Part shown: positions 1 to 7,208 of the stretch, in pieces | Position numbering within the stretch: position 1 is the stretch's first letter | How the letters are laid out: every line of letters starts with the position of its first letter | Source: Elusimicrobiota bacterium | GTDB taxonomy: Bacteria; Elusimicrobiota; Endomicrobiia; Endomicrobiales; JBDRNC01 | NCBI GenBank assembly: GCA_043811535.1 | Contig: JBDRNC010000015.1 | Coordinates: forward strand, 1 to 12,675 | Direction: 5' to 3' | DNA length: 12,675 nt | Notes under the pieces: model-generated | Seen by the model: only the letters and a program-made list of their open reading frames with translations | Told to the model about the DNA's origin: nothing | Database searches by the model: none | Position numbers and translations under genes: made by a program

Positions 1-150
1 GACGGCACAATGGTCATCGTTGAAGAAGGAAGGCGCTTTATAGGCAAAAGGGCGGAAGTGACGGTCACTTCCATTCTTCAGACATCTTCGGGAAGGATGA
101 TCTTCACGAAGCCCATCGGCGAGAACGTACCAGAAAACAGGCCCCGTTAG
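1..150 (+). CDS. C-terminal fragment of a PIN/TRAM-domain protein (YacL-like), 5'-truncated by the window
   Basis: Frame 1 reads [49 protein letters not shown] (TAG 148-150). DGTMV..E and TS.LQT..GRMIF are typical of the YacL-family C-terminal TRAM domain, and this gene commonly precedes ispD. Confidence 0.85.
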   Translation, partial: DGTMVIVEEGRRFIGKRAEVTVTSILQTSSGRMIFTKPIGENVPENRPR

Positions 151-261
151 AAGCAATTAAGTATTTTTCGCAAATATTTATGACATATCCTACAAACGAA
201 AACATTTTAGAGTTTTTTTCAAACGCACGCCGGCCGGAAGGCAGCCTGCTTCTAACGGGGC
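141..261. mobile_element. MITE-like element with perfect 15-bp terminal inverted repeats
   Basis: GCCCCGTTAGAAGCA (141-155) and its exact reverse complement TGCTTCTAACGGGGC (247-261) enclose an AT-rich non-coding interior. CAGG is directly repeated at 138-141 and 261-264. Confidence 0.65.
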
Positions 262-274
262 AGGGACTCCTTAT

Positions 275-976
275 ATGAGAGCCGCCGCGGTCATAGTCGC
301 CGCCGGCGCCGCGAAGCGTTTCGGTGGAAAACTGAAGAAACAGTTCGTTTCTCTCGGCGGCAAGCCTGTCTTCATGCGCAGCGTACTTGAGTTCAGGAAA
401 CTTTCCGGAATACAACAGATTGTCCTTGTCGTTCCGCGCGGGCAAGTCCCGTCTTTCAAAGATTTCCCTTTAAAATTCGGAATAGACATTGCCGCGGGCG
501 GAGATAAACGGACAGATTCGGTCCGCGCAGGACTCTCGGCCTTAAGGGAAGAGATAGACATAGTGGCGATCCACGACGGAGCCAGGCCTTTAATAACCTC
601 CGGCCTTATTAAAGCCAGCCTCCTTGCCGCGGAAAAATACGGCGCCGCTGTCGTTTGCGTGCCGGCCAGGGACACGGTGAAAACGACCTTGACGGAAGAA
701 AGAAGAAGGAAGAAGGAAGCCCGAGCGAACAAAAGATCTCTTTTTGTAGGCAGAACCATACCGCGCGACGCAATCTGGCTCGCGCAGACGCCGCAGACGT
801 TCAGAAAGAAAATAATCATGTCCGCGTACGCAAAACTGAAAACGAAAAACATAACCGATGACGCGCAGGCCGCCGAACTCGCGGGATACAAAGTGCGCAT
901 AGTCCCCGGAAGTTATTCAAATATTAAAATTACTGACAAAAAAGATATCAAAATAGCTAAGATGCTGCTAAAGTAG
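275..976 (+). CDS. ispD: 2-C-methyl-D-erythritol 4-phosphate cytidylyltransferase
   Basis: Motifs AAG..KRFG..LKKQF, R.DSV..GL, IHDGARP, DTVK, AQTPQ.F, TDD and N.KIT are present; the gene is adjacent to ispF. Confidence 0.96.
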   Translation: MRAAAVIVAAGAAKRFGGKLKKQFVSLGGKPVFMRSVLEFRKLSGIQQIVLVVPRGQVPSFKDFPLKFGIDIAAGGDKRTDSVRAGLSALREEIDIVAIHDGARPLITSGLIKASLLAAEKYGAAVVCVPARDTVKTTLTEERRRKKEARANKRSLFVGRTIPRDAIWLAQTPQTFRKKIIMSAYAKLKTKNITDDAQAAELAGYKVRIVPGSYSNIKITDKKDIKIAKMLLK

Positions 977-1105
977 TCATTGCGAGCCCGAAGTTAGCCG
1001 TCATCGCGAGGCCAAAGGCCGTGGCGATCTCTGTTACTGAGACTGCTACGGGAGACTCAAAAAGGCCAGAGATTGCTTCATCCGCCGCGGCGGATTCGCA
1101 ATGAC
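976..1105. repeat. Cluster of REP-like palindromic repeats forming an inverted pair
   Basis: Partial copy GTCATTGCGAG at 976-986, variant GTCATCGCGA-GGCCAAAGGCC-GTGGCGATCTC at 1000-1031, and inverted copy GAGATTGCTTC-ATCCGCCGCGGCGGAT-TCGCAATGAC at 1069-1105. Confidence 0.8.
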
Positions 1106-1117
1106 ATAAAAGGAATT

Positions 1118-1588
1118 ATGTACTTCGGAATAGGTTACGACGTTCATTGCTTCACTAAAGGCAATTCCGTCATTCTTGGCGGCGTGAAGATAAAACACTC
1201 GCGCCGGCTGGCCGGCCACAGCGACGCCGACGCGGTAACCCACGCTCTGATGGACGCTTTGCTCGGCGCCGCGGGGCTTTCCGACATAGGACACTTTTTT
1301 CCCAACACCGACCCGAAACTGAAAGATATCTCAAGCCTTCTGCTGCTTAAACGGGTTGTATCGGAACTCAAAAAGAAAAAACTCAAAGCGAATAACGCGG
1401 ATATAATGATAATTGCCGAAAAACCGAAGATTTCGCCGCATATTAAAGCCATAAAAAAGAATTTCTCAAAGATACTGGGCATTCCCGTAACGCGCATAGG
1501 CGTTAAGGCCACGACTAACGAAGGCCTTGGATTCATAGGCCGCGGTGAAGGAATAGCTGCATTCGCTGTCGCTTCACTGCGGAAATAG
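1118..1588 (+). CDS. ispF: 2-C-methyl-D-erythritol 2,4-cyclodiphosphate synthase
   Basis: Motifs GIGYDVH, GHSDAD...[33 protein letters not shown]. Start placed at ATG 1118 with an AAAGGA RBS just upstream; the ORF-track extension to 1073 runs through the repeat. Confidence 0.96.
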   Translation: MYFGIGYDVHCFTKGNSVILGGVKIKHSRRLAGHSDADAVTHALMDALLGAAGLSDIGHFFPNTDPKLKDISSLLLLKRVVSELKKKKLKANNADIMIIAEKPKISPHIKAIKKNFSKILGIPVTRIGVKATTNEGLGFIGRGEGIAAFAVASLRK

Positions 1589-1592
1589 GGTT

Positions 1593-1620
1593 GTCATTGC
1601 GAGCGAAGCGAAGCAATCTC
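1593..1620 (+). repeat. REP-like palindromic repeat
   Basis: GTCATTGCGA-GCGAAGC-GAAGCAATCTC, 4 nt after the ispF stop. Confidence 0.8.
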
Positions 1621-1632
1621 TGTCCATAAATC

Positions 1633-3042
1633 ATGCCAATAACATTAAGCAATACCCTGACAGGCAAAAAAGAGCCCTTTATCCCTATCCGGGATAACGA
1701 GGTGTCGATGTATGTCTGCGGCGTGACGCCTTATGACGAGGTACACCTCGGCCACGCGCGCGCCTACGTGGCTTTTGACATCATCCGCAGGCATTTTGAG
1801 CACTCCGGGTTCAAAGTCAGGTTCATACAGAACTTTACCGACGTTGACGATAAAATAATTAAAAGGGCCGGCGAGCTCAAAGAGGCCCCTTCAAAGCTCG
1901 CGGACCGTTTCACGGCCGATTATTTCGCCCAGATGGAAAAACTAAATGTCAAAAAAGCCGACGCCTACCCGAAAGTCACCGAAACGATTCCCAAAATAAT
2001 ATCTTTCATCCAGACACTCATTGAGAAAGGCTTCGCCTACGCGGTTGACGGGGACGTCTATTATTCCGTAAGGAAGTTTTCCGGCTACGGCAAGCTGTCC
2101 AAGCGCAACATTGAAGATATGCGCTCGGGTGCCAGGGTTGAGCCCGGCGAGCAGAAACAGGACCCCCTTGATTTCGCGCTATGGAAGAAGAGCAAGCCCG
2201 AAGAGCCCGCGGACGTTTCGTGGGACAGCCCCTGGGGAAAGGGCAGGCCGGGCTGGCACATTGAATGTTCCGTGATGTCTACAGGCGCGCTGGGTCCCAC
2301 TATCGACATCCACGGCGGCGGCCAGGACCTTATCTTCCCGCACCACGAAAATGAAATAGCCCAGAGCGAAGCCGCGACCGGCCAGCCTTTCGTCAAATAC
2401 TGGATCCACAACGGTTTCGTCACCATAAACCACGAAAAAATGTCCAAGTCGCTCGGCAATTTCTTCACGCTGCGCGAGATATTCGAAAAATACAACCCGC
2501 GCGTTGTGCGTTACTACCTGTTAACCCAGCATTACAAGGGCCCGCTGGACTTCTCTGATGAAAATCTCAGGCAGGCGAAAAACGCGCTTGAGGGGATAGA
2601 TGAGGCGTATTTCAAGCTTTCCCATGTCCCGGAACCCGTTGAACTTCCCGGGCGGCTTCACAATTTGGATTCCGAGATGCTCTCCGAGACGATCGGCAAA
2701 TTCAAAGCGATGCTTGACGACGATTTCAACACCGAGCGGGCGCTCGCGGTCATCCATGAACTTAAGAAGGAAATTTTGCAGAAACTCGGAAACAATGATT
2801 TCCACTGGCTCAGGAAAGCTTTATTCACTCTTTCGTTCCTGATGCAGGACTACCTGGGCATACCGCTGGCAGAAAAGGAAACTGTCCCTGAAGAAGCGCT
2901 CAAAATGCAGAAAGAGCGCGAGCAGGCGCGCAGGGACAAGAACTGGAAGCTTTCGGACGAACTCCGCGCGAAACTTGAAGCGATGGGTTATAAAATAGAA
3001 GACAGTCCGGACGGAAGTTCAAAACTAATAGGAAGATCATAA
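1633..3042 (+). CDS. cysS: Cysteine--tRNA ligase
   Basis: MYVCGVTPYD..HLGH (HIGH motif), NFTDVDDKII, DFALWK, WG.GRPGWHIECS, DIHGGG.DL.FPHHENE.AQ, KMSKSLGNF and a C-terminal anticodon-binding domain. Confidence 0.98.
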   Translation: MPITLSNTLTGKKEPFIPIRDNEVSMYVCGVTPYDEVHLGHARAYVAFDIIRRHFEHSGFKVRFIQNFTDVDDKIIKRAGELKEAPSKLADRFTADYFAQMEKLNVKKADAYPKVTETIPKIISFIQTLIEKGFAYAVDGDVYYSVRKFSGYGKLSKRNIEDMRSGARVEPGEQKQDPLDFALWKKSKPEEPADVSWDSPWGKGRPGWHIECSVMSTGALGPTIDIHGGGQDLIFPHHENEIAQSEAATGQPFVKYWIHNGFVTINHEKMSKSLGNFFTLREIFEKYNPRVVRYYLLTQHYKGPLDFSDENLRQAKNALEGIDEAYFKLSHVPEPVELPGRLHNLDSEMLSETIGKFKAMLDDDFNTERALAVIHELKKEILQKLGNNDFHWLRKALFTLSFLMQDYLGIPLAEKETVPEEALKMQKEREQARRDKNWKLSDELRAKLEAMGYKIEDSPDGSSKLIGRS

Positions 3043-3045
3043 ATT

Positions 3046-3768
3046 ATGTCAGAATACATCTCCGGCAGGAACTCAGTAAAAGAACTTCTCAAGGCCGGCC
3101 AGAAAACGGTAAACAAGATCCTCTTGTCCCGCCAGGCCCACGGCGAACCAATCAAGGATATCATAAAACTCGCAAAAGAAAGAAAAATCCCGGTTCACAA
3201 CGTCCCGCCGGAAAAATTCGACTCGCTGGGCATAGACGACACTCAGGGCGTCGCCGCGGAGGTTTCAACCGCGGTCTATCTTGAACTGGAAGAGCTCTGG
3301 GACAGGGTCAAAGAAACGAAGAATCCCCTGATTGTAGTGATGGACGGGATAGAAGACCCGCATAACCTGGGGGCAATTATAAGGAACGCCGTTGTTTTCG
3401 GGGCGTGCGGCGTCGTGATAGGGAAATGGCGCGCGGCGGGACTGACTGAAACGGTTTCAAGGACATCGGCCGGCGCCGTTGAGCATATTCCCGTGGCGCG
3501 GGTCACTAACATAGCCGAAGCAATAAGCCGGCTCAAGGAATGGGGTGTTTGGACTGTCGGGGCGGAAGCGGAAGGAAAACCTGTAACAGAAGATAAATTT
3601 CAGTTCCCGATGGCGCTTGTAATTGGAAGCGAAGGCCAGGGACTTCACCGGCTTGTGAAAGAAAGATGCGATTACCTCGTCTCAATCCCTCAGACGTCAA
3701 CAATCTCCTCATTAAACGCTTCCTGCGCTTCTGCAGTTCTCCTTCACGAGATCTACAAACAGAAGTAG
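3046..3768 (+). CDS. rlmB: 23S rRNA (guanosine-2251-2'-O)-methyltransferase, SPOUT/TrmH family
   Basis: GRNSV.E.L, QGV.A, DGIEDPHNLGAIIR, GSEG.GL..LV...CD..VSIP and SLNAS.A motifs; follows cysS as in many bacteria. Confidence 0.92.
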   Translation: MSEYISGRNSVKELLKAGQKTVNKILLSRQAHGEPIKDIIKLAKERKIPVHNVPPEKFDSLGIDDTQGVAAEVSTAVYLELEELWDRVKETKNPLIVVMDGIEDPHNLGAIIRNAVVFGACGVVIGKWRAAGLTETVSRTSAGAVEHIPVARVTNIAEAISRLKEWGVWTVGAEAEGKPVTEDKFQFPMALVIGSEGQGLHRLVKERCDYLVSIPQTSTISSLNASCASAVLLHEIYKQK

Positions 3769-3773
3769 TAGCC

Positions 3774-3814
3774 GTCATTGCGACCCTGAGCGTAGTCGAA
3801 GGGGAAGCAATCTC
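3774..3814 (+). repeat. REP-like palindromic repeat with an embedded CCCTGAGC..GTCGAAGGG module
   Basis: GTCATTGCGA-CCCTGAGCGTAGTCGAAGGG-GAAGCAATCTC, 5 nt after the rlmB stop. Confidence 0.8.
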
Positions 3815-4084
3815 TGCGTTTCTTCTCGGCTCCGGAACCAATCCTCAAAAGTACACTCGGCATCGCAGCCTCGTTCGGATTTGCTTCCTTCCAGAAGTTC
3901 AAGTCGTCGCAAATACGTCTTTTTCGGATTGTTCCCTCGCCTTCGTATGACCTCTTCGGCCTTAAGACATGGTGAGTACTGCGATGCATATCCTTTCGGA
4001 TATCAAACCTGAACCTGCCGGTTCAGGTTCGGTATCTTCTATACGCATCGCTAAACAAAGACATAAAAAACCTTACTAAAAACA

Positions 4085-4113
4085 AGAACCTATCACAAAT
4101 TGTGATAGGTTCT
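4085..4113. repeat. Perfect inverted repeat between convergent genes (possible terminator or collapsed element)
   Basis: AGAACCTATCACAA-A-TTGTGATAGGTTCT: 14-bp arms with a 1-nt centre. Confidence 0.6.
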
Positions 4114-4159
4114 ATGCTTGAGTTATTATAATATTTTAACTCCGTCCCTTATTACCTTA

Positions 4160-4705
4160 TTATTGGGGATACAATTGGACCACCTTATAATCGCTGCCAT
4201 CTTGAATAGAAGATTGATAACATAAGTAAATTGCGTCAAATTTATGTTTCTTAGGCATTTCGAGTGTTTTTGCGAGTTTTTCAACAGATTTCATATCACT
4301 TAGAGCTGCCCTCAACTCCACGACTAACCATACTCTTGCAAAATCAATCCCATGATAATCACTTTTACACTTATCCTTAATCTCCGATTGCACGCGAGAA
4401 AAAATAAGGTCATCTGGATTAATAAGTAGTCCTCCTCCAAGCTCTTCAATTCCTTCTATCGGAAATTGTCGTTCACCCCGTGCCAGAGTCCATTCTTGTT
4501 TAGCGATCTCGTCATTATAGTAAGCTGTGCACACTTCTATTCCGAGATGTTCGTTATTTAGATCATAGATAACATCCGGCTCACCCTGATCATTACCCAT
4601 TCGGTCAAACTTCGCAGACAGAGCTAATGTTCTGAGGAGCTGGTCACACACGGCTTTTTCATGGACACGTTTAATTTGTTTCGGTTTGTTTAAATTTGAA
4701 TTCAT
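4160..4705 (-). CDS. Hypothetical protein, possible PD-(D/E)XK-like nuclease fold
   Basis: Open frame of about 181 aa from ATG 4705 (the ORF track starts at TTG 4720). It is visibly more AT-rich than its neighbours. HE...EPDVIY....LGIEVCT resembles an E...PD..x..E motif, but the canonical lysine is absent. Confidence 0.6.
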   Translation of the reverse strand: MNSNLNKPKQIKRVHEKAVCDQLLRTLALSAKFDRMGNDQGEPDVIYDLNNEHLGIEVCTAYYNDEIAKQEWTLARGERQFPIEGIEELGGGLLINPDDLIFSRVQSEIKDKCKSDYHGIDFARVWLVVELRAALSDMKSVEKLAKTLEMPKKHKFDAIYLCYQSSIQDGSDYKVVQLYPQ

Positions 4706-4763
4706 TTTAATAAATACCAATATAATTTGTTGTTGTGGTGTTGCGATCGAAAAGCAAAAGTTT

Positions 4764-4795
4764 TACTAGATACCAGATACAAGATACTAGATACT
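4764..4795. repeat. Heptamer tandem repeat (TACHAGA)x4
   Basis: TACTAGA TACCAGA TACAAGA TACTAGA TACT; overlaps the stop codon of the 4787-4996 gene. Confidence 0.75.
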
Positions 4796-4996
4796 CTTCT
4801 TAAGCGGTGTGAGTAAATATTCTAATCCGTTGGTTTTGATTTCCAGAACCGATTTCAGCATGTTGCCGAGTTCGCCTTTGGGGAAGCCTTTGTGTGAGAA
4901 CCAAATCAAGTAGGTTTCGGGCAGGTCGATTAGACGGGTATTGGCGTATTTTCCAAACGGCATGCGCGCGTTGGCAAGTTTGATTAAATCGAACAT
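4787..4996 (-). CDS. DUF3820-family small protein
   Basis: MPFGKY....LIDLPE.YL.WF..KGFP.GELG..L....EIK.NGLE.LL.PL matches the DUF3820 (YpeB-like) pattern. Confidence 0.85.
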   Translation of the reverse strand: MFDLIKLANARMPFGKYANTRLIDLPETYLIWFSHKGFPKGELGNMLKSVLEIKTNGLEYLLTPLKKSI

Positions 4997-4998
4997 AA

Positions 4999-5065
4999 AT
5001 ATTCCAAATTACATATTACAAATTACAGATTAACTACGAGATTGCTTCACTTTGTTCGCAATGAC
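4999..5065 (-). repeat. Heptamer tandem repeat followed by a REP-like repeat
   Basis: ATATTCC AAATTAC ATATTAC AAATTAC AGATTAA (4999-5033). The reverse strand of 5038-5065 reads GTCATTGCGA-ACAAAGT-GAAGCAATCTC, 3 nt after the radical SAM gene stop. Confidence 0.75.
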
Positions 5066-5068
5066 GGA

Positions 5069-6952
5069 CTAGGGTTTGCGTGTCGGGCGTGAGGGACGTG
5101 ATCCCCCGAATTTGCTGCGGCCGCCGCCGCCTACGCCGTGACTGCTCCTATAACCGCTGGGGCTGTGGCTATGGCCGTGTTCCTTCTGCCATCCTGCCGC
5201 TCCCGCACTGGCTCCGCCACTTCGGGAGCGGAAACCATCGCGGCCCATTTTCCTCTGCTGGCGGATATCTTTATGGAACTCGGAGGCGATTATCTGTTTC
5301 TGCCTTTCTTTTCCCCTCAAATCCTTTTCAACAAACAGCTCTTTCTCCGTGAACGGGTCAAGCCCCGTGTAATACATCAGCGCCGAGTACGTTGAGGGCG
5401 TCGGCGTGAATACTTGAACCTGTTCCGGGCGCATCTTAAGCTCTTTTGAAATGAATTTTTTCATTTCCGCCATGTTTTCGCCCGTGCATCCCGGGTGCGC
5501 CGCGATGAAATAATACGTCAGGAACTGTTTCTTCCCTCTTTCCAGATTTATCCTGTCAAATTCCTTTTTGAAATCCAGGAGCAGATGCCCGCCCGGCTTT
5601 CCCATGTGATTCAAGACTCCGCTATCGGTGTGCTCCGGCGCGATTTTTAACTGCCCGGAGATATGATTTTCAATTATCTCGTACATATACTCTCTTCCGC
5701 TTTCCTTGTCCAGCATGATAAGGTCGTGCCTGACGCCCGAACCGATGAAAACCTTTTTCACGCCCGGCACGCGCATCAACTTTCGCAAAAGTTCAATCTG
5801 GCGCTTGTGGCTTATGTTCAGCGACGCGCATACTACGGGAAAGGCGCAGCGTTTTCCTCTGCACTTGATCCCCTTGCGGCATTCCATGCCGTACATGTTC
5901 GCGGTCGCGCCGCCTACGTCGTAAATAATCCCGTTGAAACCCGGGAGTTTTGCTATCTTCTCCGCTTCCTTTAATATGGAAGCTTCGGTCCTTGACCTGA
6001 CTTTGCTTCCCTGGTGCACCGCTATGGAGCAGAAATTGCACTCCCCGAAGCACCCGAGATGCGACGTTATTGAATACTTGATAGTCTCAATCGCCTTGAC
6101 GGCGCCCTTCTCCGCGTAATACGGGTGAACTGCGCGCTCGTAATCAAATTCAAAGATCCTGTCCAGGTCCTTTCCTTCAAGGTACGGCGCCGGCGGGTTC
6201 TGTATAAGGTATCTCGTGTCCTGTTTCTGGCAAAGTCCTGAGCTTGTCGAAGGATCGTTGTTATCGTAGAATGCCTTGAAGGCCTCCGCGAATTTCGTTT
6301 TGTCGCTTTTTACTTCATCGTACGAAGGGAGTATTTTATATCCGTCTTTCGGTTCCGGCGATATGTAGCATATACCGCGGATTTCCGCTGCATCCTTTCC
6401 GTCCCTAAAAGCTTCCGCCAGTTCCAGCGACGCGGACTCGCCCATGCCGTAGACGATATAATCCGCGCGCGTGTCAAAGAGTATCGAGCGCCTGATATCA
6501 TCGTCCCAGTAATCGTAATGGGCTGTTCTCCGAAGGGATACCTCGACGCCTCCGAGCACGATCGGCTTATTGGGCTTATAGTGTTTCTTAATAAGGTTGC
6601 AGTAGGCGATAACCGCGCGCGCGGGGCGCCTGTAGTTGAAACCGCCGGGGGTAAAATCGTCGCTGTTCCGTTTTTTCTTCGTGGCCGTGTAGTTTGCGAC
6701 CATCGAATCCACGCATCCTCCGGTAACGCCCCAAAAAAGAGCCGGTTCGCCCAGACACGTTATATCGGAACCACCCGAGACGTCGGGCTGGCCTATGATG
6801 CCGACCTTGTAGCCGGCGTCAAGCAGGGCATGGCCGATAACGGACACCCCTATGTGAGGGCTGTCTATGTAGGCGTCGCCGGTCACAAGGATAATGTCCA
6901 GCTTGTCCCAGCCTTTTTCTCTTACTTCCTCAATGGTTGTAGGTAGAAACAT
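5069..6952 (-). CDS. ygiQ: YgiQ-family (UPF0313) radical SAM protein
   Basis: MFLPTT..E....GWD.LD.ILVTGDAYID.P, DSMVANYT, SLRR.AHYDYW, the CxxxCxxC motif GCFGECNFC, GG.TANMY, SG.LKIAPEH, YFIAAHPG and EQVQ.FTPTP; Gly/Arg/Ser-rich C-terminal tail. Confidence 0.9.
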   Translation of the reverse strand: MFLPTTIEEVREKGWDKLDIILVTGDAYIDSPHIGVSVIGHALLDAGYKVGIIGQPDVSGGSDITCLGEPALFWGVTGGCVDSMVANYTATKKKRNSDDFTPGGFNYRRPARAVIAYCNLIKKHYKPNKPIVLGGVEVSLRRTAHYDYWDDDIRRSILFDTRADYIVYGMGESASLELAEAFRDGKDAAEIRGICYISPEPKDGYKILPSYDEVKSDKTKFAEAFKAFYDNNDPSTSSGLCQKQDTRYLIQNPPAPYLEGKDLDRIFEFDYERAVHPYYAEKGAVKAIETIKYSITSHLGCFGECNFCSIAVHQGSKVRSRTEASILKEAEKIAKLPGFNGIIYDVGGATANMYGMECRKGIKCRGKRCAFPVVCASLNISHKRQIELLRKLMRVPGVKKVFIGSGVRHDLIMLDKESGREYMYEIIENHISGQLKIAPEHTDSGVLNHMGKPGGHLLLDFKKEFDRINLERGKKQFLTYYFIAAHPGCTGENMAEMKKFISKELKMRPEQVQVFTPTPSTYSALMYYTGLDPFTEKELFVEKDLRGKERQKQIIASEFHKDIRQQRKMGRDGFRSRSGGASAGAAGWQKEHGHSHSPSGYRSSHGVGGGGRSKFGGSRPSRPTRKP

Positions 6953-6967
6953 TTATACCTTTAATTA

Positions 6968-7066
6968 CCCCTCTTTTGTAAAGCAAGTCTTTGGACCCCG
7001 TGTAGTCTGGGGAAGCGGTTAGGGGAGATTTTAAAATCCCCCTCAATCCCCCTTTTTCTAAGGGGA
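6968..7066. repeat. C-tract/G-tract palindromic repeat pair in the leader of the radical SAM gene
   Basis: AGGGGAGATTTT|AAAATCCCCCT dyad (7021-7043), followed by TCCCCCTTTTTCTAAGGGGA; a CCCCTCTTT..AAAG remnant lies at 6968-6983. Confidence 0.5.
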
Positions 7067-7102
7067 AAGGGTTTTGGTTATATTACCAAATATGTAATAC
7101 TT

Positions 7103-7131
7103 TTGCCATTAACGGTTTTTTGTGGTAGAAT
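7103..7131 (+). promoter_or_regulatory. Sigma70-type promoter for the 7209-7493 gene
   Basis: TTGCCA (7103-7108), 17-bp spacer, TAGAAT (7126-7131), with an extended -10 TG at 7123-7124. Confidence 0.6.
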
Positions 7132-7150
7132 TAGTATTAATATTTTGTTG

Positions 7151-7176
7151 GTAGACCGGCACTTAAGTGCCGGTCT
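7151..7176 (+). repeat. GTAG-type REP-like palindrome
   Basis: GTAG (7151-7154) overlaps the perfect 24-bp palindrome AGACCGGCACTTAAGTGCCGGTCT (7153-7176). Confidence 0.55.
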
Positions 7177-7208
7177 GCGGTATACGGTCTGCAGAATTCC
7201 GGAGTTTT

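Noticed and set aside
104..900. Minus-strand ORFs 104-445 and 271-900, and plus-strand ORF 655-861
   Set aside because: They are shadows of ispD and the MITE with no recognisable motifs.
1073..1117. N-terminal extension of IspF in the ORF track
   Set aside because: It is a translation of the REP-like repeat from a TTG; the ATG at 1118 has an RBS and matches the family start.
1..3768. PIN/TRAM-ispD-ispF-cysS-rlmB gene order as a novelty
   Set aside because: It is a widespread conserved arrangement; lacking gltX, cysE and mrnC relative to Bacillus is unremarkable.
3533..3989. ORFs 3533-3841, 3666-3950 and 3753-3989
   Set aside because: They read through palindromic repeats (PSTTLRV, PFDYAQG and LSVVEG are frames of the same module) and overlap rlmB.
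4114..4786. Integron cassette interpretation of the AT-rich orphan gene
   Set aside because: I found no convincing RYYYAAC...GTTRRRY attC pair around the gene, and there is no integrase in the window.
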